Source: Lama guanicoe
Taxonomy: Eukaryota
Direction of reading: 5' to 3'
NCBI GenBank assembly: GCA_013239625.1
Contig: MU053810.1
Span: forward strand, 5,550,071-5,614,070
Length of the DNA: 64,000 bases
Shown here: in pieces, positions 62,886 through 64,000 of the stretch
Layout of the letters: each line of letters opens with the position of its first letter
How positions within the stretch are numbered: position 1 is the stretch's first letter
Notes under the pieces: generated by a model
Database searches by the model: none
What the model saw: the letters and a program-made list of their open reading frames with translations, nothing else
What the model was told of the DNA's origin: nothing
Made by a program: the position numbers and the translations under genes

Positions 62886-64000
62886 GTAAGTTTTCAGAAT
62901 GATACACAGAAAACTCCTACTAAATAAATAAGGCAGAGCTGCATCCAGTGTTGAAGTCTTAACTTTCTATTGTTACTGTACCCATTGCATGGGGCTCAGG
63001 AAGAATTTTTCAAACTAAGAGCTGTCCTCAAGCAAATGCTGCAAACAGGGAAAAAAAACTATTTTTGAGGGATGATGTTAACATTTTAAAGAAAGCATTC
63101 CTGAAACTGAGTTCCAGGTTTTTGTCATTTTTTTAAAAAGAGTATAAATGAATGCAGAAATTTTTTCCTAGAATACACCCCAAAGAGCATTTTAGGACTA
63201 CAAACATTAATAACCCCCCATGTGTTTAAAATGCACACCTGTTGTATATGATTATGCACAAAAGCCGGTTTTTTTCATGAATAATTTATATCATTTCTTA
63301 CATAATTTAAGAATCCATATGCTCTATAATGAAGTTAAAATATGCAGTATTTAAAGTATGCAGTCATGTTAAACAGTTACAGCATGAGTCACTATATATA
63401 TATTTTTTTTAAATGCAGCTCTAAGTGTGACAACAGGAATTTAAAGGATGTGATGTTCATTTGAAGTGTGCTATTAATTTAAAGTCACTGTAAATTCATT
63501 TAGGTCATTTTGGTTATTGAGACCAAATGTGGAACATTTCTCATGTTACGTATTGAAATGTTTTTTAAAAATCTGAAAACTAGATCAGAATATTCATTGA
63601 GTATTTCAATTTGAGTGTGTTGATTCTGTAAAATAAGAAAGATCTGTTGATTTTAAGGAATTGACCCTAGTAATTTGTCTAGGTTTTATAATTTGCTGAA
63701 ACTGGTTACTTTTACTGAAGTCACAAAAAAACAGTTACATGCATTTAAAAAAAATTGTTTTCCTTTTTAATTCCAAAGTCCTTCTGTTTTTCTCCCTGTG
63801 AATCAAATACTCTTTGCCACTAATTTTTTTTTGCACATGAGCCACTATTATTAAATATTTGAAATGTCCTGTACTTTGCTATTGTACAGGTAGCAGAAGT
63901 CTAAACTTAGGTATTTTTAATGCATCCCCCATCAGAATTTTTATTTTTGTGAGAAAGTAAAACTGTCATTTCCCTTTAAGAGCATTGATGTGGTTTTATT

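Noticed and set aside
1..64000. CRISPR arrays, operons or other prokaryotic systems; host gene identity
   Set aside because: The window is mammalian repeat-rich DNA with no repeat-spacer arrays, and no recognisable coding exon allows a host gene to be named.

Overview
This is mammalian non-coding DNA (intronic or intergenic), AT-rich and dense in repeats. About ten copies of a tRNA-Ala-derived SINE resembling Vic-1 suggest a camelid genome (inferred from family recognition). No intact protein-coding gene can be supported. The main feature is a GC/CpG-rich processed LY6E pseudogene on the minus strand (33627-34772). It sits in the A-rich tail of an older SINE, giving two nested 15-bp TSD pairs, and the locus shows an apparent AT->GC substitution bias. 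Other features are a near-perfect ~2.42-kb tandem duplication (43857-48699), a ~100-bp polyadenylated LTR-like retroposon with a TSD, 5'-inverted L1s, a possible L1 3' transduction, and several DNA transposon fossils (Tigger1, MER20, MER5A, MER58, MER63). There is also a speculative TATA promoter with a spliced exon near 61.3 and 62.8 kb. Repeat family names come from recalled consensus sequences, not database searches. I found no convincing novel biological system.
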